Assembly: GCA_050249615.1 (NCBI GenBank)
Contig: JBFWQE010000009.1
Span: 107 to 64,106, forward strand
Direction: 5' to 3'
Source of the DNA: Vicinamibacterales bacterium
GTDB taxonomy: Bacteria; Acidobacteriota; Vicinamibacteria; Vicinamibacterales; UBA2999
DNA length: 64,000 nucleotides
The first letter of the stretch is position 1; each line of letters opens with the position of its first letter. The notes under the pieces were generated by a model. The model was not told the origin of the DNA. It saw only the letters and a program-made list of their open reading frames with translations, and ran no database searches. This document shows, in pieces, positions 17,647-30,112 of the stretch. A program made the translations under genes and the position numbers.

Positions 17647-19260
17647 ATGTCGTCCCGATACGCCAGCCTGATCACCGCGACGGCCCTCGCGGGCCTCGTC
17701 ATCGTTCGCGCGTTCCCGTTCGTCTGGTGGTCCGGCACGCACTTCGATTCGGACCAGGCCATCGTCGGATTGATGGCGAAGCACATCAGCGAGGCACGGG
17801 CCTTCCCGCTCTACTACTACGGCCAGAACTACATGCTTGCCGTCGAGGCGTGGCTGGCCGCGCCTGTCATGGCGTTGACGTCGCCTTCGGTCACCGCGCT
17901 CAAGCTGCCGCTGGTCGCCATCAATGTCGCGGTGGTCCTGCTCCTGCTCCGCCTCCTCGTGCGCGAGGCGGGCCTTGCCGCCGGCATCGCGGCCATCGCG
18001 GCGCTGCCGCTGGCCCTTCCGGCGGCCGGCATGGCCGCGCGCACCACCGAGGCCAATGGCGGCAACGTGGAGCCGTTCCTGTACGTGCTGCTGCTCTGGA
18101 TGGCGCGGGCACGCCCATGCCTCTTCGGGATCGTTCTCGGCGTGGGTGTGCTGCACCGCGAGTTCACGGCCTACGGGGCCGCGGCGCTGCTCGTAATGGA
18201 TTGCCTCGGCCTGATGGGCGGCTCCGGCGAGGGGCGAGCCGCGTGGCGCGCGCGGCTTCTCGACAAGTCGAGCCGGTGGGCCGTGGCCGGCGTCGCCTTC
18301 CTGTGCGTGCGCGGCGTGGCCGCCGCCGTGCGGCCGTTCGCCAACGGCCTCGGCCCGGGCACGCGCGGCGACGATCCCGCGCTGGTGGCCACGGTGGTGG
18401 ACACACTGGGCGGGCGCATCTGTGTCGATCCCGCCACCTGGCCGGAGCGCGCCAGCCTGCTCGTCTTCGATCACCTGCCGCGCCTGGTTGGCGGGACCCC
18501 CGCACCGCTCGCCGATTACGGCGTGCTCACCGGTGTGTACTCCGGCCTCCCCGGCCTCGGCCCGTGGGTGGCCGCCATCACCGCCGTGGGCGTCCTCGCC
18601 GGCGCCTGGCACTGGCTCACGGTCGCGCGCGGGCAGCCCGACTCCGTCTTGCCGATTCCCGGCGGCGCACCAGCCACTCCCGTCGCGCGCACGCTCGCTC
18701 CCGATACCGGCGAGCGCCCTGCCGATACGCGCCGCAGTCCTCCCGTCACTTCCCACCTCGGCTCGTACCTCATCCTCGTCGGCCTCATCTCGACCCTCGT
18801 CTACGGCTTCCTGACCTGCAGCAGCATCCGCGTCGAGACGATGCGCTACAACCTGCTGGGCCTCTTCATCCCGGTCGGCGCGCTCGTGATGGCCCTGCAG
18901 GCGTGGCGGGCGCCGGCCGCGCGCGCCGGCCTGGGCGCCGCCGTCGTGCTCTGGTGCGCGCTGAACACGTCGGACGTGATGGCCCTCACGCGCGAGCGCG
19001 CGACCCGCCCTCCAGTGGATCGGCGGCAGGCGCTGGCTGACCTGCTCGAAGCACGCGGCGTCACGGTGGCATGGGCGCGCTTCCGGAACTCGTACCACGT
19101 GACGTTCCTCTCCGCGGAGCGCGTGCGGGTCTCGGCCAACGACTTCATTCGCGTCCAGGCCTATGCGGACGAGGCGAGGCGCGCGGGCGCGCCCACGCTC
19201 TCCGAGGAGCCGTGCGAGGCAGGCGAGGCGCTGCTCCCGGGCCTGTTCCTGTGCCGTTGA
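17647..19260 (+). CDS. GT-C-type (ArnT/PMT-like) membrane glycosyltransferase candidate
   Basis: Polytopic protein. The first loop, HFDSDQAIVGLMAKHI, resembles the acidic loop-1 motif of GT-C enzymes. Start set at ATG 17647. Confidence 0.5.
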   Translation: MSSRYASLITATALAGLVIVRAFPFVWWSGTHFDSDQAIVGLMAKHISEARAFPLYYYGQNYMLAVEAWLAAPVMALTSPSVTALKLPLVAINVAVVLLLLRLLVREAGLAAGIAAIAALPLALPAAGMAARTTEANGGNVEPFLYVLLLWMARARPCLFGIVLGVGVLHREFTAYGAAALLVMDCLGLMGGSGEGRAAWRARLLDKSSRWAVAGVAFLCVRGVAAAVRPFANGLGPGTRGDDPALVATVVDTLGGRICVDPATWPERASLLVFDHLPRLVGGTPAPLADYGVLTGVYSGLPGLGPWVAAITAVGVLAGAWHWLTVARGQPDSVLPIPGGAPATPVARTLAPDTGERPADTRRSPPVTSHLGSYLILVGLISTLVYGFLTCSSIRVETMRYNLLGLFIPVGALVMALQAWRAPAARAGLGAAVVLWCALNTSDVMALTRERATRPPVDRRQALADLLEARGVTVAWARFRNSYHVTFLSAERVRVSANDFIRVQAYADEARRAGAPTLSEEPCEAGEALLPGLFLCR

Positions 19261-19409
19261 TGCCGGGCGGCGCCTCACCCAGCGAGGGGACTGGACTGGA
19301 CGCCAGGCTCGCCGCCGGGACCCGGCCGGCTGCCTCACGCGTCCTACGCAACAGCACGGCCGGCCGGGCGTCCAGCGTCCGATGAGGCGCCAGGCCGAAC
19401 GCCCGGCAT
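19260..19409 (+). other. About 150-nt nested-helix element (structured RNA or REP-like palindromic unit candidate)
   Basis: Hand-checked pairings: 19260-19269 with 19400-19409 (10 bp), 19270-19277 with 19383-19390 (8 bp), 19296-19304 with 19367-19375 (9 bp), and 19324-19330 with 19359-19365 (7 bp). Confidence 0.45.
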
Positions 19410-19448
19410 CCATCCGGCGTATCTTCCAGTAGCATCAGCATCACCGGC

Positions 19449-20456
19449 ATGCCCACCGACGAACAGGCCCGCCTCGCCGCCCTGCGCCGCTATCGCATCC
19501 TGGACACCGATCCGGAGCAGGCGTTCGACGACCTCGCGATGCTGGCCTCGCACATCTGCGGCACGCCGATGGCCACCATCACGCTCATCGACGAGAATCG
19601 GCAGTGGTTCAAGGCGGAGATCGGGATCGGCCTCAGGGAAACCGAGCGCAGCATCGCGTTCTGCGCGCACGCCATCAAGCAGCCCCACATCATGGAAGTC
19701 CCCGATGCGCGCGACGACGACCGGTTCAGGAACAACCCGATGGTCGTGGGCAAGCCCCACATCCGCTTCTACGCGGGAGCGCCCCTGATCACCCCGGATG
19801 GGCACGCCGTCGGCACGCTCTGCGTCGTGGACACCCAGCCGCGGCGGCTCTCGCCGGACCAGCGGCAGGCGCTCGACGCCCTGCGCCGCCAGGCCCAGGC
19901 GCAGCTGGAACTCCGGCGGAACCTGAACGAGCTGGAATTGGCGTTGGCCGAGCGCGACAGGGCCGAGGCCGACCAGGCGCAGTTGATCGCCGGGCTCAGG
20001 GCGTCGCTCGAGAAGGTGGACAAGCTGAGCGCGCTGATGCCCTACTGCTCCATCTGCGAGATGAACATCGTCATTCCCGCGGAGCCGGCGTCCATTCCGA
20101 CGGTGAGCGAAGGCGTGAAGCAGCTGCTTCAGGGCAAGGGATGGTCGGAGGACGAGATTATGCCCGTGGAACTGGCGCTGGACGAGGCGCTGGCCAACGC
20201 CATCCGGCACGGCTGCAGGAACGACCCCTCCAAGCAGGTGCAGTGCATCGTCACGTCGGACGCGAAGGGCGAGGTGGTGATCGTCGTCCGCGACCCCGGC
20301 ACCGGGTTCGACGCGGCGAGCGTGCCCAACCCCCTCGAAGGCGACAACGTGCTGAAGCCGAGCGGCCGCGGCGTGTTCCTCATCAACCAGCTGATGGACG
20401 AAGTCGGCTTCGAAGAGGGCGGCCGCGTCGTGCAGATGAAGAAGCGGCGCGGCTGA
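19449..20456 (+). CDS. GAF sensor fused to an RsbW/SpoIIAB-type HATPase (serine kinase / anti-sigma-like) domain
   Basis: N-terminal GAF (RYRILDT, FCAHAI, RFYAGAPL) and a coiled-coil linker. C-terminal N-box ELALDEALANAIRHG, G1 VRDPGTGF and G2 GRGVFLINQL. No HisKA H-box is present. Confidence 0.75.
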   Translation: MPTDEQARLAALRRYRILDTDPEQAFDDLAMLASHICGTPMATITLIDENRQWFKAEIGIGLRETERSIAFCAHAIKQPHIMEVPDARDDDRFRNNPMVVGKPHIRFYAGAPLITPDGHAVGTLCVVDTQPRRLSPDQRQALDALRRQAQAQLELRRNLNELELALAERDRAEADQAQLIAGLRASLEKVDKLSALMPYCSICEMNIVIPAEPASIPTVSEGVKQLLQGKGWSEDEIMPVELALDEALANAIRHGCRNDPSKQVQCIVTSDAKGEVVIVVRDPGTGFDAASVPNPLEGDNVLKPSGRGVFLINQLMDEVGFEEGGRVVQMKKRRG

Positions 20457-20468
20457 TCGCGCCGCGGT

Positions 20469-21221
20469 TCAGGGCAGCGACCACTCCGCCTTCAACTTCT
20501 CGTACGCGGCGTTCGGCAGCTGCACGAGGACCGGCGCCCGGCCCGGAGTGAGCCATTCCATCACGGCGCGAAGATCGGTCGCGGGCATCGCCGTGCAGCC
20601 CGCGGTCCCGCGCCCGCCCTCGCCGCCGATGTGCAGGAAGATGCAGGAGCCCCGCTTCGCGACCGCGGGTGTGTTGTAGTTGACGACGACACCCCATCGA
20701 TAGGCCTCACCCACCTCGCGCATCTTCTCCGAGCTGCTCCAGTCGGGCGTCTGGACGCGGCGGCGATCCACGATCTGGTTGTAGACCGTCGATGCCGGGT
20801 CGTCCACGCACTCGATGCCCTCGACCACGGACAGGTACGGCAGCTTCAGCCAGGCGGCCTCGGCGGCCGGCGCGAAGCCGAAGGCGGTCCCCAGGGAGAA
20901 CACCCCAGCTGGAGCGCGCCCGTCTCCTTCGGCCTTCTGCGGCCCCGGCACCGCGGGTGTGGCCAGCGGATCCCACGCGGTGCCGTTCCGGCCCACGACG
21001 ATGGAGCCCGCCTGGCCGACGGGACGCCAGGGCTCTCCGGGCGCATCACGCTCGAAGCGCCGCAACTGGCCCTGCACGTCGTTCCAACCCGGCGTGACGA
21101 CGAGAATCAACTGGCGGGCGCCGGCGAGCAGGGGCGGAACCTGCGCGCGCACGCCCGCCGTGAACGTGACGCTGACAACCGCCCCGAGCAGGGCGGCACG
21201 GGCAAACCGGGGCATCACCAT
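20469..21221 (-). CDS. L,D-transpeptidase catalytic-domain (YkuD_2-like) protein, secreted
   Basis: Signal peptide MVMPRFARAALLGAVVSVTFTAGVRA. Active-site-like GSCIFLHIGG...GTAGCTAM. Confidence 0.75.
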   Translation of the reverse strand: MVMPRFARAALLGAVVSVTFTAGVRAQVPPLLAGARQLILVVTPGWNDVQGQLRRFERDAPGEPWRPVGQAGSIVVGRNGTAWDPLATPAVPGPQKAEGDGRAPAGVFSLGTAFGFAPAAEAAWLKLPYLSVVEGIECVDDPASTVYNQIVDRRRVQTPDWSSSEKMREVGEAYRWGVVVNYNTPAVAKRGSCIFLHIGGEGGRGTAGCTAMPATDLRAVMEWLTPGRAPVLVQLPNAAYEKLKAEWSLP

Positions 21222-21410
21222 GTGCGCGATTCTAGCTGACCAGCCAGGCGCCCCGCCGCGCACCATGTCGCGGAAACTGCCTTCCCGGTCAGCCAGCCGG
21301 CGTGAAGATCCTGCATTCGGTCGGCCGACCACGGCCGGTAGCCCGAGCCGATCACCGCAGACTCCGGCCGAAACCGGGCCAACCGTGCTGCGGATGCCCG
21401 CGCGGGCCGC

Positions 21411-21426
21411 TGGCACCTGCCCTGCA
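21411..21426 (+). promoter_or_regulatory. Sigma54 (-24/-12) promoter candidate
   Basis: TGGCAC-ctgcc-CTGCA. GG at 21412-21413 and GC at 21424-21425 have the exact 12-nt register. Lies about 45 nt upstream of ATG 21471. Confidence 0.6.
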
Positions 21427-21470
21427 TCCTCCGGATTGCGCTCGTGAGGTCCGCGCGCGAAGGAGGCGGC

Positions 21471-21710
21471 ATGGCGGGAGACAGGGCCACGACGGACCTC
21501 GCGGAACAGCTGTCGGCGCTGGAGGGGCGCTTGATGGAGCGCCTCGACGCGCTTCAACGGCAGACCGAGGCGCTGGAGCGCCGCGTCGATCACCGGCTGA
21601 CGGAGCTCCGCGCGAAGCAGGAAGAGGACCTGATGCTGGTGAAAGCGCTGTCGTGCCAGCTGCGCGGTCGCGTCGAGCGCGTCGAACGACGGGGGGCGCG
21701 CGGCGGGTAA
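21471..21710 (+). CDS. Small coiled-coil protein
   Basis: 79 aa with heptad-like sequence LSALEGRLMERLDALQRQTEALERRVD. Strong SD GAAGGAGG lies 5 nt upstream of ATG 21471, and a sigma54-type promoter lies upstream. Confidence 0.5.
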   Translation: MAGDRATTDLAEQLSALEGRLMERLDALQRQTEALERRVDHRLTELRAKQEEDLMLVKALSCQLRGRVERVERRGARGG

Positions 21711-21726
21711 CGCACCCGCCGGGACG

Positions 21727-22311
21727 TTACGGGGCCTGGTCCAGCCGCTCCACGACCATCCGGAACACCTCGTCCCACGTATCGGCGCGGGGGCCGGGCA
21801 GATGGCGGTTCGTCGGGCTGGTGAAGACGATGGTCGGGTGCCCCTCGCGGCGGAGGGCCTCCACGTTGGCCGGCGAGTCCTCGATGTAGAGGTCCGCGCC
21901 GACGGCGGCCTTGTCCGCCAGGAAGCACAGGTCCCAGTACGGGATGTCGTGACCGTCCAGCCAGTCCACGGTCTGCTGCACGGCCACGCGATGGAAGTTC
22001 TTGAGGAGGAGGCGGTGCGTGATGATGCGGATGCGCACGCCCATCTCCGAGAGGCGTCGCAGGGCCTGCGGCGCACCCGGCATGGGCTTCAACACGCGGA
22101 AGAGGTCGCGCTGCGTGACGGCGAACTGGTGCAGCTTCGGATAGCCGCCGGGCGCCTGGGCCACGCCCCATTCGGGGAGATTCCACGACACCTCCGCGCC
22201 GAGCGTGTCGGCACTGACGCCCAGCCATTCGGCCGCGATGGGACGGAGGCCACCGTAGAAGTCGGCGCACGTGCCATCGAGGTCCACGCCGAGAACAAAG
22301 CTCCTGGACAT
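21727..22311 (-). CDS. 5'(3')-deoxyribonucleotidase-like HAD phosphatase
   Basis: HAD motif I VLGVDLDGTCADF and NT5C-like overall sequence. Alternative ATG at 22320. Confidence 0.75.
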   Translation of the reverse strand: MSRSFVLGVDLDGTCADFYGGLRPIAAEWLGVSADTLGAEVSWNLPEWGVAQAPGGYPKLHQFAVTQRDLFRVLKPMPGAPQALRRLSEMGVRIRIITHRLLLKNFHRVAVQQTVDWLDGHDIPYWDLCFLADKAAVGADLYIEDSPANVEALRREGHPTIVFTSPTNRHLPGPRADTWDEVFRMVVERLDQAP

Positions 22312-22376
22312 GCACCGCATCGTCGCACGATGGCGCGGCGTTCGTCTTCCCTCTTGCGCCTTCTGCCTCCTGCCTT

Positions 22377-26888
<4,512 letters not shown>

Positions 26889-26890
26889 GG

Positions 26891-28054
26891 CTAGGAGGCC
26901 TTCTTCTCCGCGGGAGCGCCGCCGCCGGGGGCCCCGGGCCCTCCGGCCGGCGCGCCGCCGGCCATCACCGGCGCGCCGTCGCCGATCTTCTGGATGCCGC
27001 CCGTGATCACCTGCTCGCCCGGCGCCAGGCCGCCCTGGACGACGTAGTCGCTGCCGATCACGCCACCGAGCGTGACGGCCTTCTGGCGGGCCACGGTCAT
27101 CTCGCCCTGATTCTCGACGACGTACGCGAAATACTGCCCGTTGACCCGCACGACCGAGGTGACCGGGATGGTGAGGCCCGGCTCGGTGCGCCACACGATC
27201 TGGACGCGCACGAACTGGTTGGCGCGAAACTGCCCGCGCCCGTCGACCAGGGCCGCCTTGGCCAGCACCGTCTGCGTTGGTTCCACCGTGGGCGACACGA
27301 ACGTGATCGGGTTCGTGGCGAGCACCTGGTTGCGGTCGTCCACGATGCGCACCGGCAGGCCGACCGCCAGCGCCGGCGCCTGCGAGACGGGCACGCTCAC
27401 GTAGATCTCGAGGACGTCATTCTCCTCCACGGTCGTGAGCACCGTGCTCTTGGTCACGCGGTCGCCCACGCGCACCGGGACATCCCCCACGACGCCGGCG
27501 CTGGGCGCCGTCACCCGGTAGTTCGCGAGCTCGGCCTTCTGCTGCCGCAGCTGCTCGTCCACCGCCTTCAGCGCGGCTTCGGCCGTGCGCTGAGCGGTCT
27601 CCGCCTGCTCCATCTCTCGCTGGCTCACGGCACCCGCGGCGTGCAGCGCCTCCGCCCGCGTGGCCTCCTGCCTCGCGTACTCGAGCTCGGCCGCACGGAC
27701 CGCCCGGGTGCTCTCGAGGGAGGCCAGGCCGGCCTGCTGCGGCGCCGAGTCGATCTCGAAGAGGACGGCTCCCTGCCGCACCGCGTCCCCCGACCGGACC
27801 GCGATGCGCGTGAGAAAGCCCTCGACCTGCGGCTGGATGGTCGTGGAGCGTCGGGACTTCAGCGTCGCGACGTAGTCGCTGGTCTGCTCGACCGGTTTCT
27901 GGGTGAGCGTGAGTACTTCCACGGGCATGGGCGGCGGGCCGCCGCCCGGGCCGCCGGGCCCACCCGCGGCGCCCGGGGCGCCGTTGCCGCCGCACGCGGC
28001 CGTGAAGAGCACTGCAAGGAACGCAAATGTGGATCGTGGGGACGAGACAGACAT
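26891..28054 (-). CDS. RND efflux membrane fusion (periplasmic adaptor) lipoprotein
   Basis: Lipobox LFTAACGG, with AcrA-like lipoyl, hairpin and beta-barrel segments. Start is at Met28 of the track ORF, because the upstream extension covers the promoter/operator. Confidence 0.85.
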   Translation of the reverse strand: MSVSSPRSTFAFLAVLFTAACGGNGAPGAAGGPGGPGGGPPPMPVEVLTLTQKPVEQTSDYVATLKSRRSTTIQPQVEGFLTRIAVRSGDAVRQGAVLFEIDSAPQQAGLASLESTRAVRAAELEYARQEATRAEALHAAGAVSQREMEQAETAQRTAEAALKAVDEQLRQQKAELANYRVTAPSAGVVGDVPVRVGDRVTKSTVLTTVEENDVLEIYVSVPVSQAPALAVGLPVRIVDDRNQVLATNPITFVSPTVEPTQTVLAKAALVDGRGQFRANQFVRVQIVWRTEPGLTIPVTSVVRVNGQYFAYVVENQGEMTVARQKAVTLGGVIGSDYVVQGGLAPGEQVITGGIQKIGDGAPVMAGGAPAGGPGAPGGGAPAEKKAS

Positions 28055-28116
28055 GATGGGTTGGACGCCGCCGCGGGACCGGACGGGTGCCCGGATGCGG
28101 ATCAGCGGAAGCGATG

Positions 28117-28145
28117 ATAATAAATGACGGTTCATTTATTGTAAA
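28117..28145 (-). promoter_or_regulatory. Efflux-operon sigma70-type promoter with a palindromic TetR-operator candidate in the spacer
   Basis: The minus strand reads TTTACA (28145-28140), a 17-nt spacer, then TATTAT (28122-28117). A perfect 9-bp-arm inverted repeat AATAAATGA-cggt-TCATTTATT occupies 28119-28140. This is an AT-rich island in GC-rich DNA. Confidence 0.6.
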
Positions 28146-28154
28146 GTAACGTCC

Positions 28155-28838
28155 ATGTCACCGCGGCCGAAGACCGCCTCCGACGCCGTCATCCTCGAAG
28201 CCGCGGCCCGGCTGCTCGCCCGACTCGGGCCCGCGCGCCTCCGCCTCGAGGACGTGGCGCGGGAGGTCGGCCTGGCCCCCGCCACCCTCCTCCTCCGCTT
28301 CAAGACCAAGAAGAAACTGCTGCTCGCCGTCGCCGAGCACGGCATCGCCGGCATGGCCGACTATTTCCGCGAGCACCGGCGCCAGAGCCCCTCGCCCCTC
28401 TGCGCCATCACCGCCGTGTCGCAGTGCGTGCGCGACATCGCCGACAATCCCCAGCAGCTCGCCAACCTGCTGGCCTTCCTCCAGTTGAGCGTCGAGGACC
28501 AGGAGTTCCGCCAGTGCGCGGAGCGGCACGATGCGGCGCTCGAGCGCGAGATGGCCACGCTGATGGCCGAGGCGCAGGCGCGCGAAGAGATTGTCGCCTG
28601 CTGCCCCGACGCGCTGGCCCGCGCGATCATCGCCATGGTGCGCGGCTCGCTCCTCACCTGGAACGCCGTCGGCTCCCACACCACGCCCGAGGCGTGGGTG
28701 AAGGCCAACCTCGAGGTGCTGCTCGCTCCGTACACGACGCCGCTCGTCGGGCGCAACCCGGCCCGGACGCTCCCGCCCTCGCCGGCCGAGCCCGCGCCCC
28801 GGCGCGCCGGTACCCGCCGCGTGCGCGCGGCGTCATGA
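28155..28838 (+). CDS. TetR family transcriptional regulator
   Basis: N-terminal HTH (LRLEDVAREVGLAPATLLLRFKTKKKLL). Divergent from the efflux operon. Confidence 0.9.
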   Translation: MSPRPKTASDAVILEAAARLLARLGPARLRLEDVAREVGLAPATLLLRFKTKKKLLLAVAEHGIAGMADYFREHRRQSPSPLCAITAVSQCVRDIADNPQQLANLLAFLQLSVEDQEFRQCAERHDAALEREMATLMAEAQAREEIVACCPDALARAIIAMVRGSLLTWNAVGSHTTPEAWVKANLEVLLAPYTTPLVGRNPARTLPPSPAEPAPRRAGTRRVRAAS

Positions 28839-29767
28839 ACGTCTCCTCCGATCTGGCCGGCTTCTCCCGCGGCATGTACAGCAACTGGCTGTGGCACAAG
28901 CCGCTGCAGCTGCTCGTCGATGCCGGCGAGGGGCTCCAGCTCGCGCTGGGCACCAGCGTGTTCGCGCCCTCGTGGCTGGCCATCACGCACGGCCACTCCG
29001 ACCACGTGCTGGGGCTGCCTGGCCTGGTGGCTGCCCGTCGCTTCGGCAAGGGCGCTCAGGACAAGCCGCTCACCATCTTTCACCCCGAGGGCTCGCGCGG
29101 CGTCGAGGCGGTGCGGGGCCTGCTCCAGGGCGCGTACAGCGGCGTCACCTTCCCATTGACGTGGGTGGCCATGACACCGGGTGCGTCGGCGCCTCTCGGG
29201 AAGGGCCGAGTCATCGAGGCGTTCGCTGCCCGGCACACGCCAGGTGAGGCCGCGCTCGGCTACCGTGTCGTCGAGCGGCGGCGGCGCCTGAAGCCCGAGT
29301 TCGCGTCCCTGCCTCGACCCGAGATCGAGGCGCGCGCCCGCCAGGGCCTCCGCGACTCACTCATGGAGGAAGCGCGCCACATCGTTTTCGCCCATAGCGG
29401 GGACGCCATGCCTGTTCCGCCGGACGAGGTCCGGGGCGCCGACCTGCTGGTGCACGACGCCACGTTCCTGGCCGCTGCCGATCGGCGCGAGCCCATTCAC
29501 GCCACCACCGAGGAAGCCATCGAGGTGGCACGCCTCGCCGGCGCGCGCCTGCTGGTCCTGCAGCACCTGTCGATCCGCTACGCGCGACCCGCAGCCGTGG
29601 CCACCCTGGCAGGCCAGGTCGCCGACAGCGGCTACACGGGCCGCGCCTGGCTGCTCGACGAGGGCTCGTTCATCGATCTGACCCCGCCTTCGCAGGTTCT
29701 GGAGGGCGAAACGAGCCTCGGCTCGCCAGGCCCGCACACCCGAGAACCCGAGAACCTGAGAACCTGA
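28835..29767 (+). CDS. MBL-fold metallo-hydrolase (RNase Z-like)
   Basis: HGHSDH motif (ITHGHSDHVLG). ATG 28835 overlaps the tetR TGA (ATGA). The last codons and the stop lie inside an octamer repeat array. Confidence 0.8.
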   Translation: MNVSSDLAGFSRGMYSNWLWHKPLQLLVDAGEGLQLALGTSVFAPSWLAITHGHSDHVLGLPGLVAARRFGKGAQDKPLTIFHPEGSRGVEAVRGLLQGAYSGVTFPLTWVAMTPGASAPLGKGRVIEAFAARHTPGEAALGYRVVERRRRLKPEFASLPRPEIEARARQGLRDSLMEEARHIVFAHSGDAMPVPPDEVRGADLLVHDATFLAAADRREPIHATTEEAIEVARLAGARLLVLQHLSIRYARPAAVATLAGQVADSGYTGRAWLLDEGSFIDLTPPSQVLEGETSLGSPGPHTREPENLRT

Positions 29768-29788
29768 GAACCCGAGAACCTGAGAACC
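29741..29788 (-). repeat. The same octamer family in reverse orientation (YGAGAACC x6)
   Basis: cgagaacc cgagaacc tgagaacc tgagaacc cgagaacc tgagaacc. The MBL-gene stop TGA 29765-29767 lies in unit 4. Confidence 0.95.
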
Positions 29789-29818
29789 CGGGCCCCCTCG
29801 CACTACAATGATCGATCT

Positions 29819-30112
29819 ATGTCCACGACGCTGACCCGCGCCGATGTGGTGAAGATCGCCGAGCTGGCGCGCCTCGCGCTCACCGACAACGAACTGGACC
29901 TGTTCACCCGGCAGCTCGGGGACATCCTCGGCTACGTCGAACAGATTCGCGCGCTCGACACCTCCGGCGTCGAACCCACGGCCCATGTGCTCCACCAGCC
30001 GGTCGAGCGCCCGGACATCGTCGTGGAGCCGTTGCCGCGGGCCGAGGCCCTGGCCAACGCGCCGGATGCGGCCCCGGAGGCCGGCCTGTTCAAGGTGCCG
30101 CGGGTCATCTGA
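29819..30112 (+). CDS. gatC: Glutamyl/aspartyl-tRNA amidotransferase subunit C
   Basis: 97 aa, GatC-like ([34 protein letters not shown]). Confidence 0.9.
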   Translation: MSTTLTRADVVKIAELARLALTDNELDLFTRQLGDILGYVEQIRALDTSGVEPTAHVLHQPVERPDIVVEPLPRAEALANAPDAAPEAGLFKVPRVI

